Part shown: positions 45,740 through 57,030 of the stretch, piece by piece
How the letters are laid out: every line of letters starts with the position of its first letter
How positions within the stretch are numbered: the first letter of the stretch is position 1
Assembly: GCA_946965045.2 (NCBI GenBank)
Contig: OX337237.1
Location: forward strand, 930,001 to 994,000
DNA length: 64,000 bases
Direction: 5' to 3'
DNA from: Epithemia pelagica
Taxonomy: Eukaryota > Protista > Bacillariophyta
Notes under the pieces: model-generated
Databases searched by the model: none
What the model saw: the letters and a program-made list of their open reading frames with translations, nothing else
What the model was told of the DNA's origin: nothing
Translations under genes and position numbers: made by a program

Positions 45740-46903
45740 ATGAAGTCCATGTATGGGTCGACGATTGTTTCATTCGTCATTGTTCAGACTCTTGCTTTGG
45801 TCTCATCTCTGCAAATGTCTGCATCCATGAATTCTCCCTCTTCGAAAGCTGTGCTCTATGACATGCCTGTCAGCAACAATGGGGCACGGTGCCGAGCCAT
45901 TATTTACAAAAAGGGCTTGTCCGATTCGGACGTGGCGATCGTGAAACCAGCAGACATTGGTGGTCTCCGCTCCGAAGAATACTTGAAGATCAGTCCGCAG
46001 GGTAAAATGCCATGTCTCGTGTGTCACGATACTGGCATGAACCTGGCCGAATCGGATACCATTGCGAGATACCTTCTCTCCAAATACTCACACGTCGGAC
46101 CTTCGTTTCAACCAGACAACCCGAAATCAAACCTCATTGCTCGCTTCAATGACCTGTACTTGACGACAATCCAAGGCTGTATGTATAGAGCCTCTGGTCC
46201 TTTTGGCATGTTTGGTACGAGAAAGGATGCAATTGCTGAGTACACCAAACAGCTCAACGTGATTGAAACTATGATCGATGGAAATGACGATGAGGGGATC
46301 TACCTTTGTGGATCGGAAGTTTCCTTGGCGGATGCGACGTTGTTTCCCTCGTGTGTTTTTGCGGCGTACATGCTATCCAAATTTGATGTCAATCCACCCC
46401 TTCCACCAAGAATGACGCAGTGGTTTAATTTGCTAAAAGAACAGGATGCTACTTTTACCAAGATATACGACGAAATTATGGATGCATTCAAAGCATGGGA
46501 AGAACGAGAACGATGGAGTGCCCTTTTGGGGGCAGGAGTGCGAGACGAGGATCCAGCCACACTCTTTGATAAGATTATTGCGGGAGATATACCAGCAACA
46601 GTTGTCAAGGAGACGGACAAGGCTCTGGCGTTCAAGGACATCAACCCTGCTGCCCCAGCGCATGTGTTGGTGATTCCCAAGGACCGAAACGGCCTGACTC
46701 GCTTGGGCAAAGCGACCAACGAACACGCGGACATTCTTGGTCATTTGATGGTCGTCGCTGCGGAGGTTTCCCGAGACAAGGAGCTGGGATTTGGAGATGG
46801 AGCGAGAATCGTTATCAACGACGGTCCCGATGGAGGCCAAGAAGTAATGCACCTCCATATTCACGTGATTGGCGGTCGCTCGATGCAGTGGCCGCCGGGC
46901 TAG
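45740..46903 (+). CDS. Glutathione S-transferase-like domain fused to a HINT (histidine triad) domain, with N-terminal signal peptide
   Basis: GST motifs SPQGKMPCL, AESDTIARYL, SLADATLFP. HINT motifs TLFDKIIAGDIPA, FKDINPAAPAHVLVIPK, HLHIHVIGG. Hydrophobic N-terminus. Confidence 0.85.
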   Translation: MKSMYGSTIVSFVIVQTLALVSSLQMSASMNSPSSKAVLYDMPVSNNGARCRAIIYKKGLSDSDVAIVKPADIGGLRSEEYLKISPQGKMPCLVCHDTGMNLAESDTIARYLLSKYSHVGPSFQPDNPKSNLIARFNDLYLTTIQGCMYRASGPFGMFGTRKDAIAEYTKQLNVIETMIDGNDDEGIYLCGSEVSLADATLFPSCVFAAYMLSKFDVNPPLPPRMTQWFNLLKEQDATFTKIYDEIMDAFKAWEERERWSALLGAGVRDEDPATLFDKIIAGDIPATVVKETDKALAFKDINPAAPAHVLVIPKDRNGLTRLGKATNEHADILGHLMVVAAEVSRDKELGFGDGARIVINDGPDGGQEVMHLHIHVIGGRSMQWPPG

Positions 46904-47527
46904 CTGGAGTGATCGATGTTTCGGTTTGATTAGTAGGACATGTAGGTTTGGCCATTGCTTCAATCTAATCCGCCCCTACCAATGCATGATACAAAATACA
47001 AACGCCATCGCCAAAACATGGTTGTACGTTGCAGCTTGTAACTTACAGCGTTCTAATAGGAGCAGGAGGGCTACGTAGTCTATTCTTCCAGCTGCCGCAC
47101 GCACGCCGCAACGTGACGCGGCTAGAGTTTCTTGTCGCATAGCAAGTCAATCGGTCGCATTTCATATCAGCAGCTCGCAACCCCAGTCGCATATCAAGAA
47201 CAGCTGTCGTCGTCTGCTGTCGTCGTTCGTCTCTTACTGCCACTGCCACTCATGCAATTTGCAATAATTATAATGAAGATATTTTTCGTTTATTGGCCAT
47301 TCCGCTTATAAGAAGTGTGGAACTGAGGTGGACGAAGAGAGAACAGCTTGTCGCTGTTCGTGGTTTCGTTTCTCGCGTCAGTCAAACACCAACACGCGAA
47401 ACACGAAACACATCTTGTGTCAACAAGATCGATGGCAAATTACATTTCTCTCACAATTTCAAAATCTCCGGAGACATCATTCTGTTCACTATATCCGAAG
47501 TCAACTCTCGAACATTGAAAGGAAACC

Positions 47528-48238
47528 ATGGCCGACAAGGTGTTGATGACAAACGAGAAGGCGATTGGATTCATTCACACAATGAACTACAACGCGGCTG
47601 CCGCACTTCTTGCTGAAGGGATGGCAATGATTGAACAAGAATACCGACGAAATGATGGCCTCGTGACAAGATCTGACGTCGATCTAATGGAATGCGACAA
47701 ATACCCAAATCTTCACACAGTGAACTTTGACTCAATGTCCCTTGGTCCATCAATAAAATGCGAAAATGGGGACGTCGTCGTTGGAGACAACGTGAATCCA
47801 TTTGTCATGTACCCAAATGCTTTGATGATTCCACATGAAGTGGCGTCATCGACAAGTGAAGAAGACTATCATTTCGTCTGCAGCATTTTGCTGTACAACT
47901 ACGGCCTAAGCCTTCATTTACATGGTCTTTCACATGGCAGCGAAGAATATTTGGAAGACGCTCTCTTGTCGTACGAGATGGCTTTGGGTTTGGTGGCCTT
48001 GGCTGGCAAAAGACCTTTGGTCAGCATGCTTGAACTGGCGCTGCTCAACAACTGTGGCCACATACACAGCTTCTTCATGACTACAAATCAAGTACATGCT
48101 TGTCTGGAACGGATGCAATTATTGCTCCAATCGCTTACCAATGGTTGGTCGCAAAGTCTTCCGGAAGCGCTGGCCTCATTTGCATTCAATTTGGTATACA
48201 ATGCCCCTCAGTATGCACGACCTGCTCCCGCCGCATGA
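47528..48238 (+). CDS. Hypothetical helical (TPR-like) protein
   Basis: 236-aa ORF with ILLYNYGLSLHL...ALLSYEMAL...ALLNNCGHIH helical-repeat pattern. Confidence 0.55.
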   Translation: MADKVLMTNEKAIGFIHTMNYNAAAALLAEGMAMIEQEYRRNDGLVTRSDVDLMECDKYPNLHTVNFDSMSLGPSIKCENGDVVVGDNVNPFVMYPNALMIPHEVASSTSEEDYHFVCSILLYNYGLSLHLHGLSHGSEEYLEDALLSYEMALGLVALAGKRPLVSMLELALLNNCGHIHSFFMTTNQVHACLERMQLLLQSLTNGWSQSLPEALASFAFNLVYNAPQYARPAPAA

Positions 48239-49239
48239 CAAACTACTCCAACCAATTTTGATTCTTGACGCGAGACAAAGTTTTGTCCCGCTCTAATTTT
48301 CCTGTAAACACTGATGTAAATAGCTAGAAAGCAATAGACTACACGTATCGAAAATCGTTGTTTCACTTGTGTTTTTCGATGATGCCGATGCGAAGCAAGA
48401 ACTTGTTTGAGAACATGTCCAGGCAACAGCCAACAGCCTCTCTAGAGAGAGACTCTGTTATGTTGGTATTCCGCGTTCCGGAATATCCGAACCCGTAGAC
48501 ATACACGCTTGTAGGAGTAGCTCGTTCTCGAAGTAGCCTACCTGGGTAGGTGTAGTGATAGGAGTAGCATGTTCCTTATCGAAGACCATAGACCATAGAT
48601 CATAGATGTCTGACTCTGACAGTGTTGTGCAAGATTGACATCTGCAGAAACCACCCCCAGTTCCCTTTCCAGGTCAGAGAAGGGGCTATCTGGGGATAGT
48701 TCGCATTGGTGCATAGCACTGCCAACAGCCACCTCCGCATAAGATGCTGAAGAGTGAAGAGACGCCGTCACGCAGTCGCAGGGCACCCCTCGACCACGCC
48801 ATACACTTTACCCAATAGTATCGAGCTCTCGAACAAATCCGAAATCCGAACCGCAGCATGCAGCACTCGCGTGGCAAAAAAAGGACACAAGCCAAATCCG
48901 AACCGCGATCAGGTATGTGGTGGGGCTTAATTAGAGTGTTACGCTTACATTCTCAGTTAACTGACAATTAGTCAGTAAAGAGAAAGTAACACACCTCTAC
49001 CTATGCACTCTCCACCGACATCAAAGCCATCCGAGTTGTTGTTCTGCGTTGGATCTACTTTCCAACCGAAAAGTCAGTTGGAACAGTCGGAGACGGAAAG
49101 GTGGTTGCCGTATCATCCAGTGACGAGGAATACCGAAGAGCTGAGGCAACCCGATCTTGAAAGGAGTTCCTTGTCAAGTGAACACAACAAACAGCTCCAT
49201 TCAGTTCTTATAGCATGTTCCGAGGACTTGGCCATTCGA

Positions 49240-51190
49240 TGACTTCCGGTTGGTTTGGGTCGTCGTCGTTGGGTCCAGCCTTGGTTTCCAGGATGCTTTG
49301 GATCCTCGTCGTCGCCACTAGGTTTCCACCACATTGGTAGCTCTACAGATGCCATTTACAACAGGGACCTTATGGGGAATGGCACCAACCAGTCCAATCG
49401 AGGAATGGCAATCCCCATCCGAAACCACGACGACACCAGAACCCATCCAAGATCAAAAACCCTTGACAGTTGACAGGCTTATTGTCGTACAATCCTTCCA
49501 AATTCAAGGCGGGTGCTTTGATTCGCAAAACAATTATGCGCAATCACTGGCATTCCACTCCTCCGCGACAATGGAATCCGGCACAAGATGACCATGACAC
49601 CTCCAATTCCACGAATACGGCTTCGTCGTCTCCACCACCGGCCATTGTCTTGATTGATGTCGGAAATTTCCGTGGCAAATCTGGTTTTGCCCTGTCGCAT
49701 GCCGAATTGGTTCATGGCCTATCGGTATGGACCGGAATTTGTCAACTCTCCTTAATTGTCGATCATGGCAATGTCGGAGCGGCCAATTATATACCCACAT
49801 CACAATTGGCCATTGTCTTTGCCGGACGACGGTGCAAGGCGGACGATGTCATTGCCCATGACGTTCACGACTTTTTGGCCACCACGTCCACGGTCATTCG
49901 GACCAATGTCGTGGTGGTGGTTCTGGCCGATCCAGGATTGATCGATCGATGTCGTCGACGAACGGGATTGCGAAAAACTGTCACCATTGTTCAACCCTTG
50001 ACACTTTTGGAAGATTTGGAGCATATTTTAGAAGCGGTGCCCATGCCAAAGGAACCACACGACACGACCATGACACACGATGGAACCACGTCGGTGGACT
50101 CCGCATCCTCCTCCTTGGAACCGGAAATCAAGGCCATGGATCATGGAATTAAATTAGGTACCGAATTGTTGGAAGCGGAAGCCATACTTCGAACCAAGTG
50201 AGGGATCAAGCACAAACGCAAGGGCAAACTCAAAGCCAAGGTACGATCCTTGCGAGAAAAATTGCTCAAATCCTCATTGCCCTTGTTGAATCAAGTCGTG
50301 GCTGATGTCTTGAAACAAGGACCGCAACAAGCCTTTGGCGGTGGTCATCATCATCCACAACCACCAACGGAATCCTCCTTGCCACGACCAGCACCACGAC
50401 TGTCCCCGGAACAACAAAGGGGAAAAATTGCGCAAATCCATGAGTCGCAAAGAAAAGACGGGTGATCGCGTCATTTTGGCCGAACAATGGCGACGTGAAC
50501 TCAAAGAACAAGTCGCTGCATGTCCTCCTACGGCATGGATCAATGCCACTGACCTTTCCAATCACAATCTCAATATCACCAATGGTACAACTGTGTCCGA
50601 TACCAACACGACCATGACAACAACATCAACCAACACCAACACCAGGATGTCAGCCAACATGGCCATGGCTCATGTATTTCAATACAATACCAATCATTAT
50701 ACTCCTCGACCTGGAGCATACGGACAGACATCGTGGATTCAGAATTCCGTGCCCTTGTCGTCGTTGTCGTCTCCCTCTGTCGTGGATGGCCTGATCTCGT
50801 CGTCGGCAGCAACGGCCGATTATGTCCTTCCCAATTCCACGTCCTCGGGATTGGTGGTGATTTCCGATACCCATGGAGTTGAAAAAACCTTGGCCAATGA
50901 AGAAGACAGAACAAGTCTACCGGATGGTGATGTCTTGTTGCATTTGGGTGATTTTGCCATGGATGGGAGTCAGAAAAAGAGCTCGGTGGTTCGATTCGAT
51001 CAATGGCTGGCCCAACAACCACATGTCCACAAAATTATCGTTCGTGGCAATCACGATCCTTGAACCTGGTTCCCCGAAACCTCCGGTGCCACTTTTGTCA
51101 CGACACCCAAAACGGTCATCATTGGAGACTTTGTCTTTGCTCTTGTACCACACTTGTCAGGAAGCAAATTGTCATATCGACTCTAATAGC
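49240..51190 (+). pseudogene. Disrupted NYN/PIN-like plus metallophosphoesterase gene
   Basis: LIDVGNFRG...ADDVI...LADPGLIDRC, then VISDTHG, LHLGDF, VRGNHD. In-frame TGA at 50199-50201 and frameshifts near 49470, 50440 and 51060. Confidence 0.6.
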
Positions 51191-52788
51191 TAGAAATACA
51201 ACACTATAGCGTATGCATAATTTTATTACTTCTTTGCATTAAGAGAAAATACGGCTTGGCGTCGGATGTGTTTCGATCGATACAACGGGACGGGACGCGA
51301 CACTCCATCCAACCATCCCACGCAACGCACCACACCTTGTACACAATATCGAGTAGAAAATGAAGGTCAGAACATGTACCTTTTTCCATTCGAAAGGTAA
51401 CAACCAGTCCAACCATGGTCATAGGGACGATTGTAAGGTTTCGAATGGAAAAAGGTACATGTTTAGGGTTTCGGACCGACCTCTGAAGCACCATGGTTTT
51501 CCACGATAACCCGTGTTGCATCCGACGAATTTTCTTTTTGCGCGCGGGCGCGCGCCAGCCCGCTTTCTGGACAACTGACACATACCTGATCGTGCGCTGT
51601 GTCCGGCGTTTGTCGTTTCTACCACACTGTAGGAAAGACAGTACTAGGTAGGGCGTACAATGGGACATCCTGAGGACAAGCGGGGAACGAAGACACCTAT
51701 TCTCGAAGAAAGGTCCATGGAAAAACCGACATGGGAGATGGGAGACATCATTTCGAGACGCAGAATGAAAAAAATGAAACCTAAACTCCACATTTTATCT
51801 GGGGGTGAAATGATGTGCCCCCTTGTCTGCTAGGAGCTGAATGCCATGATTGCTACATGAAACGTCATTGCCGGTAAGTCATAACAAGGGGTAGAAGTAC
51901 CGTTAGTGGGGGTCCTCTTATGCCAAGAAGGTATTAGCGTCTACTCCTATTTACTCCTAAATCTTATTGCGAGAGGCCGTAAAGCTACGTGGCCATGAAC
52001 GAGGACTCAAATCCGAACCTCGGATCAACGCAAGCGATGAAGAATGAAGAAGTAACAAGCACCAATCAATCTCTTTCTCCATGTTCCGTGTCTGATGTCT
52101 TTTACATTCGTTCTTACAAGCTTGTATCCCATGTCCCATGTGTTTTGTGCTCGTGGGGCTATGGGGTCCTAATTGTTGTTATGGCAAATCACAGAATGAT
52201 GAGCGGAAAGGCCGTTGCGTCCTACGGAGACGTGGCATGACGGGCAACTGTTTGATTGGCAGGGAAATGCCGGGACAAGATCGTCCACCAACTTTAAAGT
52301 CGGTAGCAAGAAGTGCAAGCTTCATTGCCACACGACCGAATGATGATGACGACATCGATGGACCGGAGATCTTTCGGTGAAGAAAAATGCAGGAGGAACT
52401 GCAGATCTGGTAAATTTGACAGCACGGATCGTTGCTAGCACGTTCATGTTTTGTCTCTTCAATCTACACTTCTCAGGAAACAATAACCAATTACTCTTAA
52501 AATTTGGTGCTTTGACTGGCCTCAGTCGAAGCTTTGAATTCTGGATGTTGCCATGATTGCCGTGGTTTTATCAAGCACATGTAGTGTGCAGCAGTGTTAA
52601 TTCGCCACTGAAAGAAAATATAGCTTTGTCTACACGAATGTGAAACCATGCACGTTGGGTCAACCAAAAGAGAATGCTTTTGCATGTAACTCTCTCTTTA
52701 TATATATGTTGATGATGGCTTATCTAGTCTGTATGTAAGTAAGTTTCTTGTCGGAAATGATGAGACACAACCTAGCCGCCTTTGTGAT

Positions 52789-54189
52789 CTAGTTGGTGGG
52801 ATTGTACAACTGACCACAGGGGACTGTCTTCCTCACCATCTTTTGGTAGGCTTTCTTGAAGGCCTTAAAGAATGCCTGTTTATTCTGAGCAAACTCGACG
52901 GTAGCTCGGAAAACAGCGCCCTCTGGATTGCGGAAAGGGCAGGGGAAGGGAGTGAAACCGGGGGGAAGGGGACCACCCTCCGGAAAGGGTCCTCCATTAA
53001 GAAGATTACAAACGGACGCATCGAAGTTCGGGGGCAAGTTGCTAACACCACCAAAGACATTACATTCCTCCAGGTTAGTAAAGGCCAAAATAGTATCAGT
53101 GTTCAAGAAAGTGACGTCGCCAAACTGGGGGTCGATTATCCACTCGGTCAATGGCTCATTATTAAACGTTTTGGAAATCTTGAGCCAAGGGATGCAGAAT
53201 TTGGCTTTGAAGTACATGTTGCTGAAAACTTCTGCGTCCGCTTCAAGAACCCAAGTTCCGTCATATCCAGTGTTTGCTGGATTGAGTCGTCCAAGGGTAT
53301 GCGCGCCCATGAGAGCGACCATGTCTCGACGGTTGAGCCCAAGCCGCCCGGCAAGCTCAACAAGTGTGTTCTCGGCGTCTCCTGGGGCTTCGGCCGATGG
53401 GAAGACGTCGGCCTCGCAGCCACAAGGCACGTCCCATCGCCCAAGAGGAATTCGGATGACTGGACCCCCAGTCGCTCGGACTGCGGCACTCCCTCCAATC
53501 GCAATCAAATCAGCCATGGAGATGGTCTTGCCCCTCTGCTCGAGGAAACCTTCCTGGACAGTCTTCAGGAACTCAATGGAGTTTTCGAGACCAAAATTCG
53601 CTGGCAGACTAGTGTCCACGCAACCATTGGCGCCGCTCAAAGGCTTCGTTGGTTCCCCATTGAAAGGTGCTACGTCATGAAAGGCAAGGCGAAGGAGTTC
53701 GCCTGCAGAATCCGTAATCGATCCCGAAAAACTTGTTTGGTTCAGTTGTATTTCGTCAATAATGTACTGCCAAATTCCGCGTGCCTCTTTGAGGGTGAGT
53801 CTCTCGTGGTTGTTGTCGTCCGCATATGCTTCGCATGTGCACTGGTTGTTCAACTTCCTCAAGGAGGAGGTCGTGTCCATGGTGCTCTCGTTGATGGAAA
53901 GTCCAGACGCATGTGTAGAGCTGTAGGCATGAATCTTGATACCATCCAGAGCACTGATCTTGTTTTTGTCTTGTTCACTACCGAATCGAACCAACAATCC
54001 ACGAGTGCAGGAAAGCTGCTTCTCGAGCTGGGCATCCGTCCCTTCAAGAACGTCAACTAGATCGGACAGTGTCATACTGCGAGAGTATGTAACCACATAC
54101 AGATCTTGGTTTTCTTGCGGAGAATTCTCATGGCCAAAGGTCTTTACGAAGAAGGCACTAAGGATGGTAGCAACAGAGATGAGTTTCAT
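52789..54189 (-). CDS. Secreted class I-type heme peroxidase, copy A
   Basis: Distal LLRLAFHD, GANG, ISMADLIAIGG, proximal ALMGAHTLGR, FSNMYF, FFKAFKKAYQKM. Signal peptide at the N-terminus. Confidence 0.88.
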   Translation of the reverse strand: MKLISVATILSAFFVKTFGHENSPQENQDLYVVTYSRSMTLSDLVDVLEGTDAQLEKQLSCTRGLLVRFGSEQDKNKISALDGIKIHAYSSTHASGLSINESTMDTTSSLRKLNNQCTCEAYADDNNHERLTLKEARGIWQYIIDEIQLNQTSFSGSITDSAGELLRLAFHDVAPFNGEPTKPLSGANGCVDTSLPANFGLENSIEFLKTVQEGFLEQRGKTISMADLIAIGGSAAVRATGGPVIRIPLGRWDVPCGCEADVFPSAEAPGDAENTLVELAGRLGLNRRDMVALMGAHTLGRLNPANTGYDGTWVLEADAEVFSNMYFKAKFCIPWLKISKTFNNEPLTEWIIDPQFGDVTFLNTDTILAFTNLEECNVFGGVSNLPPNFDASVCNLLNGGPFPEGGPLPPGFTPFPCPFRNPEGAVFRATVEFAQNKQAFFKAFKKAYQKMVRKTVPCGQLYNPTN

Positions 54190-55773
54190 TTCGTCTGATA
54201 TCAAGGCCGTGTAACCAAAGAAAAAATAGAAACAGGGACTTGTGTCTTGGTCTTTTCAACTTTTTGAGATTGTGAACATGATTGAGAAAACTTGACGGAT
54301 CCATCCATGTCCAAAAAGTCCCTCGATATTGTTCAGTCTTGCCGTAATCTTTGTCTATCGAGCTACTCCCACTACAATTTGCCGTTTAAGTTCGTTGATA
54401 TCTTGGCCTAGGTTCCAGTAAGAATGAATTGGCCAGTCAGAGGTTGGAGTAGCTCAAGGATGTTGAGAAAGCGATGAAAATGATCGCGGCCTTTTAGGCA
54501 AAGCGGAAAAGAGTCTTTCGATTTGCTCACTGGAAAATGTGAGCGGTTAGAAAAAGATACCTGTACGAATATGACCATTGATAGTTAATCGTTATAATGG
54601 CCCCTTCGCTCCGTTCTATACGATTGTGTACTAGTACTCGTATAGCACATAGCAACTGTACTGTAGAATTGTAGTACAATCAACAATCACACATCACACA
54701 TCTTTTTTTGGTTCTTGGGTCTCGAATCTTTTCACAGGCACCGGGAACCGGGAACCGTGAACGGGGAGATCGATTCTCAGACAATGCCCAATGACAAACC
54801 GAAAGCACTTTTCGTTTGCCCCTTGTGTACTCCCATCGTTCGTGAAGGAGTCGAGCTTATTTTGAACATTCCTACTGTTGCTGATATTTCTTTTGTGTTC
54901 CAGCAAAAGACGAAATACACGATAATCGATAAAACATCATCTCCCGCTCATCGTTCCCCCATCCTCAAACCTGGTCGTGGTGGTTGGTGGTTGGTCATCG
55001 AGAAATGGCGAGCGTCTCGTCACGACGTCCTCCTACAAGTCCTACACAATCACATCATGAAGATCATGCCTTGTTCTACTACAATGTGTACTCCACATTT
55101 TTTCATGTGAGCAATACGACCTCTGGAAGCAAAAAAATCATCGTTCCGTCAGAGATCACCCTATCCCTCCCACACATCGATTGAGTCATGCAAATGTCAC
55201 TGGAACATGAAAATAACGGCCAAACTTATCCAAAAGATTCCATGACCATTTCCACCCGTGAAACAGATCCGAAAGGTACGTTTTTGTTTCCCGCGGTGTG
55301 TCGGTAGGATCAATTGGAGCGATGCAGTACGCGGCACCGGTTCGAGTTTATCTTCCTTCACCTTTTGCTTCGGCGTGAAATACTTTTGCTCAGGCTCTGC
55401 TTGTCCTCTCCTGCTGATAGGAGTGCGACACTAATGCTTCACACTACCACAACCGTTGCCGCTGTGTTGTCTTCTTCAAAAGCCCTACAGCAAACAAGCA
55501 ACATCAAGACTAGTCTTCACAACTCCTACCAACCAAGGAGTCGGTTATCTACTCAAGACTCCAAGCTAGTAACGATGTAACATGAACCAGTTAAAACGTT
55601 TTTTATTCGGATTTGTTTGTTGTCGATCTCAACATCCAGTCTTCATATTTCTTCCAGGAAAACTTGCACCAAGGTAAGTGTAGTCCAGTCTACTTCATGG
55701 CTGCCTTACCAGCCCACTTCTATCTTAGCATCTCATATCCTTTATTTGTGACAGGAGACCATCAACAATAACC

Positions 55774-57030
55774 ATGATTTCTCCCATCTACTCATTCAAG
55801 GACAAGAACTCGACCAGCATGTCATCCAACCCGTCCTCTAGTAGCATGCTTGCAGACCCGAAGAAGGATGAACCATTTGTAGCGAGTTCCTCGACAAAAA
55901 CTAACATGACTTTGCATGGCCTCTTGCAACATCGAGGAGGTGGCAATAATTTAGCGAACGACAGCACACCGACGCTTCGCAAACGCCTCAGTGCTCTCAA
56001 GTCGAGCGGTCAAGAGGTGGGATGGGCCAATGTCCTAGTCGCCCTTGTCTTGTTGTGTATTGTGACAAACCTTGAATTCACGGTGGTTGACAAGTGGTCC
56101 TCAGGTGAACAACCACATGTTCCTTCGCTAGTAGGAATCCCGTCATGGACTGAACATTTCTTGGGTCAGGCACAAGATGTCATTTTTAATCCGTTTCATG
56201 TCTTATATCAACCCACAACGAATGATACCGAACAAGATGCAGTCTTACGAAAGAGTCTGCTTTCATACCGTGAACGTGCCTCACTGCTCAAGTTTGAAGC
56301 AGATCTTGGTGTGGACCCTTCGTCGGAACATTTCACCAAGCGAACCAAAAGTATTGCTTTCATGATCAAGCTGGATGGCCAGTGGTTCCAGTTGAACCAA
56401 AACTTTTTTAATCAAAACGCTGACTACAATGACTTTTCCGGAGGCTACAAACGATTCTACGACACTCTCCCGCCTGAGTTTGTGCGTGAACCAGCCACAA
56501 TCAAACTCATGGATGCCTTTCAAGCCAAATACAACCTTCCTGATGGCGAGTTGATTCTATTGCAAATGCAAACCAGTTGGGTCTTTCCGGGAGACGAAGA
56601 TCGGTGCTTGACCGGACAAGGTATTCATACCGATGGGGCCGATCGGGCCATGTTGGTTGTGTTGAATCGAGACAATATTGAAGGTGGTCGGAATGCCATA
56701 TATAAAGATGTTCATGGCCAAAATGCGGTCATCAAGCCGTTTGTACTCAAGGAAGGTGACTCTCTTTTCTGGAAGGACAATCAGGTCTTTCACCATGTGG
56801 AACCGGCACAAGTTAAGGATACTTCCAATGTGGAAGGCCCGAGTGGTACTCGAACTGTCATTATTGCGCACTATCCGGCTATGCACTACATTACGGGTCA
56901 CCAGAACTGGAACAATCGTCTTGTTTACGAGCAGGAGAGCATGGTAGGCAACACCACGGATGATGACGAGTTAGTAGGCGTTGTCACGACAGCCTTGGAG
57001 AGTATTTATTCTTGGACCAAAGGGTTATAA
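55774..57030 (+). CDS. 2-oxoglutarate/Fe(II) dioxygenase (isoleucine-hydroxylase/BsmA-like), single TM anchor, copy A
   Basis: GQGIHTDG (HxD), NIEGGRN, VFHHVEP (distal His), RTVII (2OG-binding Arg). Hydrophobic segment WANVLVALVLLCIV. Upstream intron GTAAGT...ACAG ends near 55754. Confidence 0.75.
   Translation: MISPIYSFKDKNSTSMSSNPSSSSMLADPKKDEPFVASSSTKTNMTLHGLLQHRGGGNNLANDSTPTLRKRLSALKSSGQEVGWANVLVALVLLCIVTNLEFTVVDKWSSGEQPHVPSLVGIPSWTEHFLGQAQDVIFNPFHVLYQPTTNDTEQDAVLRKSLLSYRERASLLKFEADLGVDPSSEHFTKRTKSIAFMIKLDGQWFQLNQNFFNQNADYNDFSGGYKRFYDTLPPEFVREPATIKLMDAFQAKYNLPDGELILLQMQTSWVFPGDEDRCLTGQGIHTDGADRAMLVVLNRDNIEGGRNAIYKDVHGQNAVIKPFVLKEGDSLFWKDNQVFHHVEPAQVKDTSNVEGPSGTRTVIIAHYPAMHYITGHQNWNNRLVYEQESMVGNTTDDDELVGVVTTALESIYSWTKGL

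Noticed and set aside
48930-49010. Imperfect palindrome centred on ACTGAC-AATTA-GTCAGT
   Set aside because: Arms need several gaps to pair; too weak to call.
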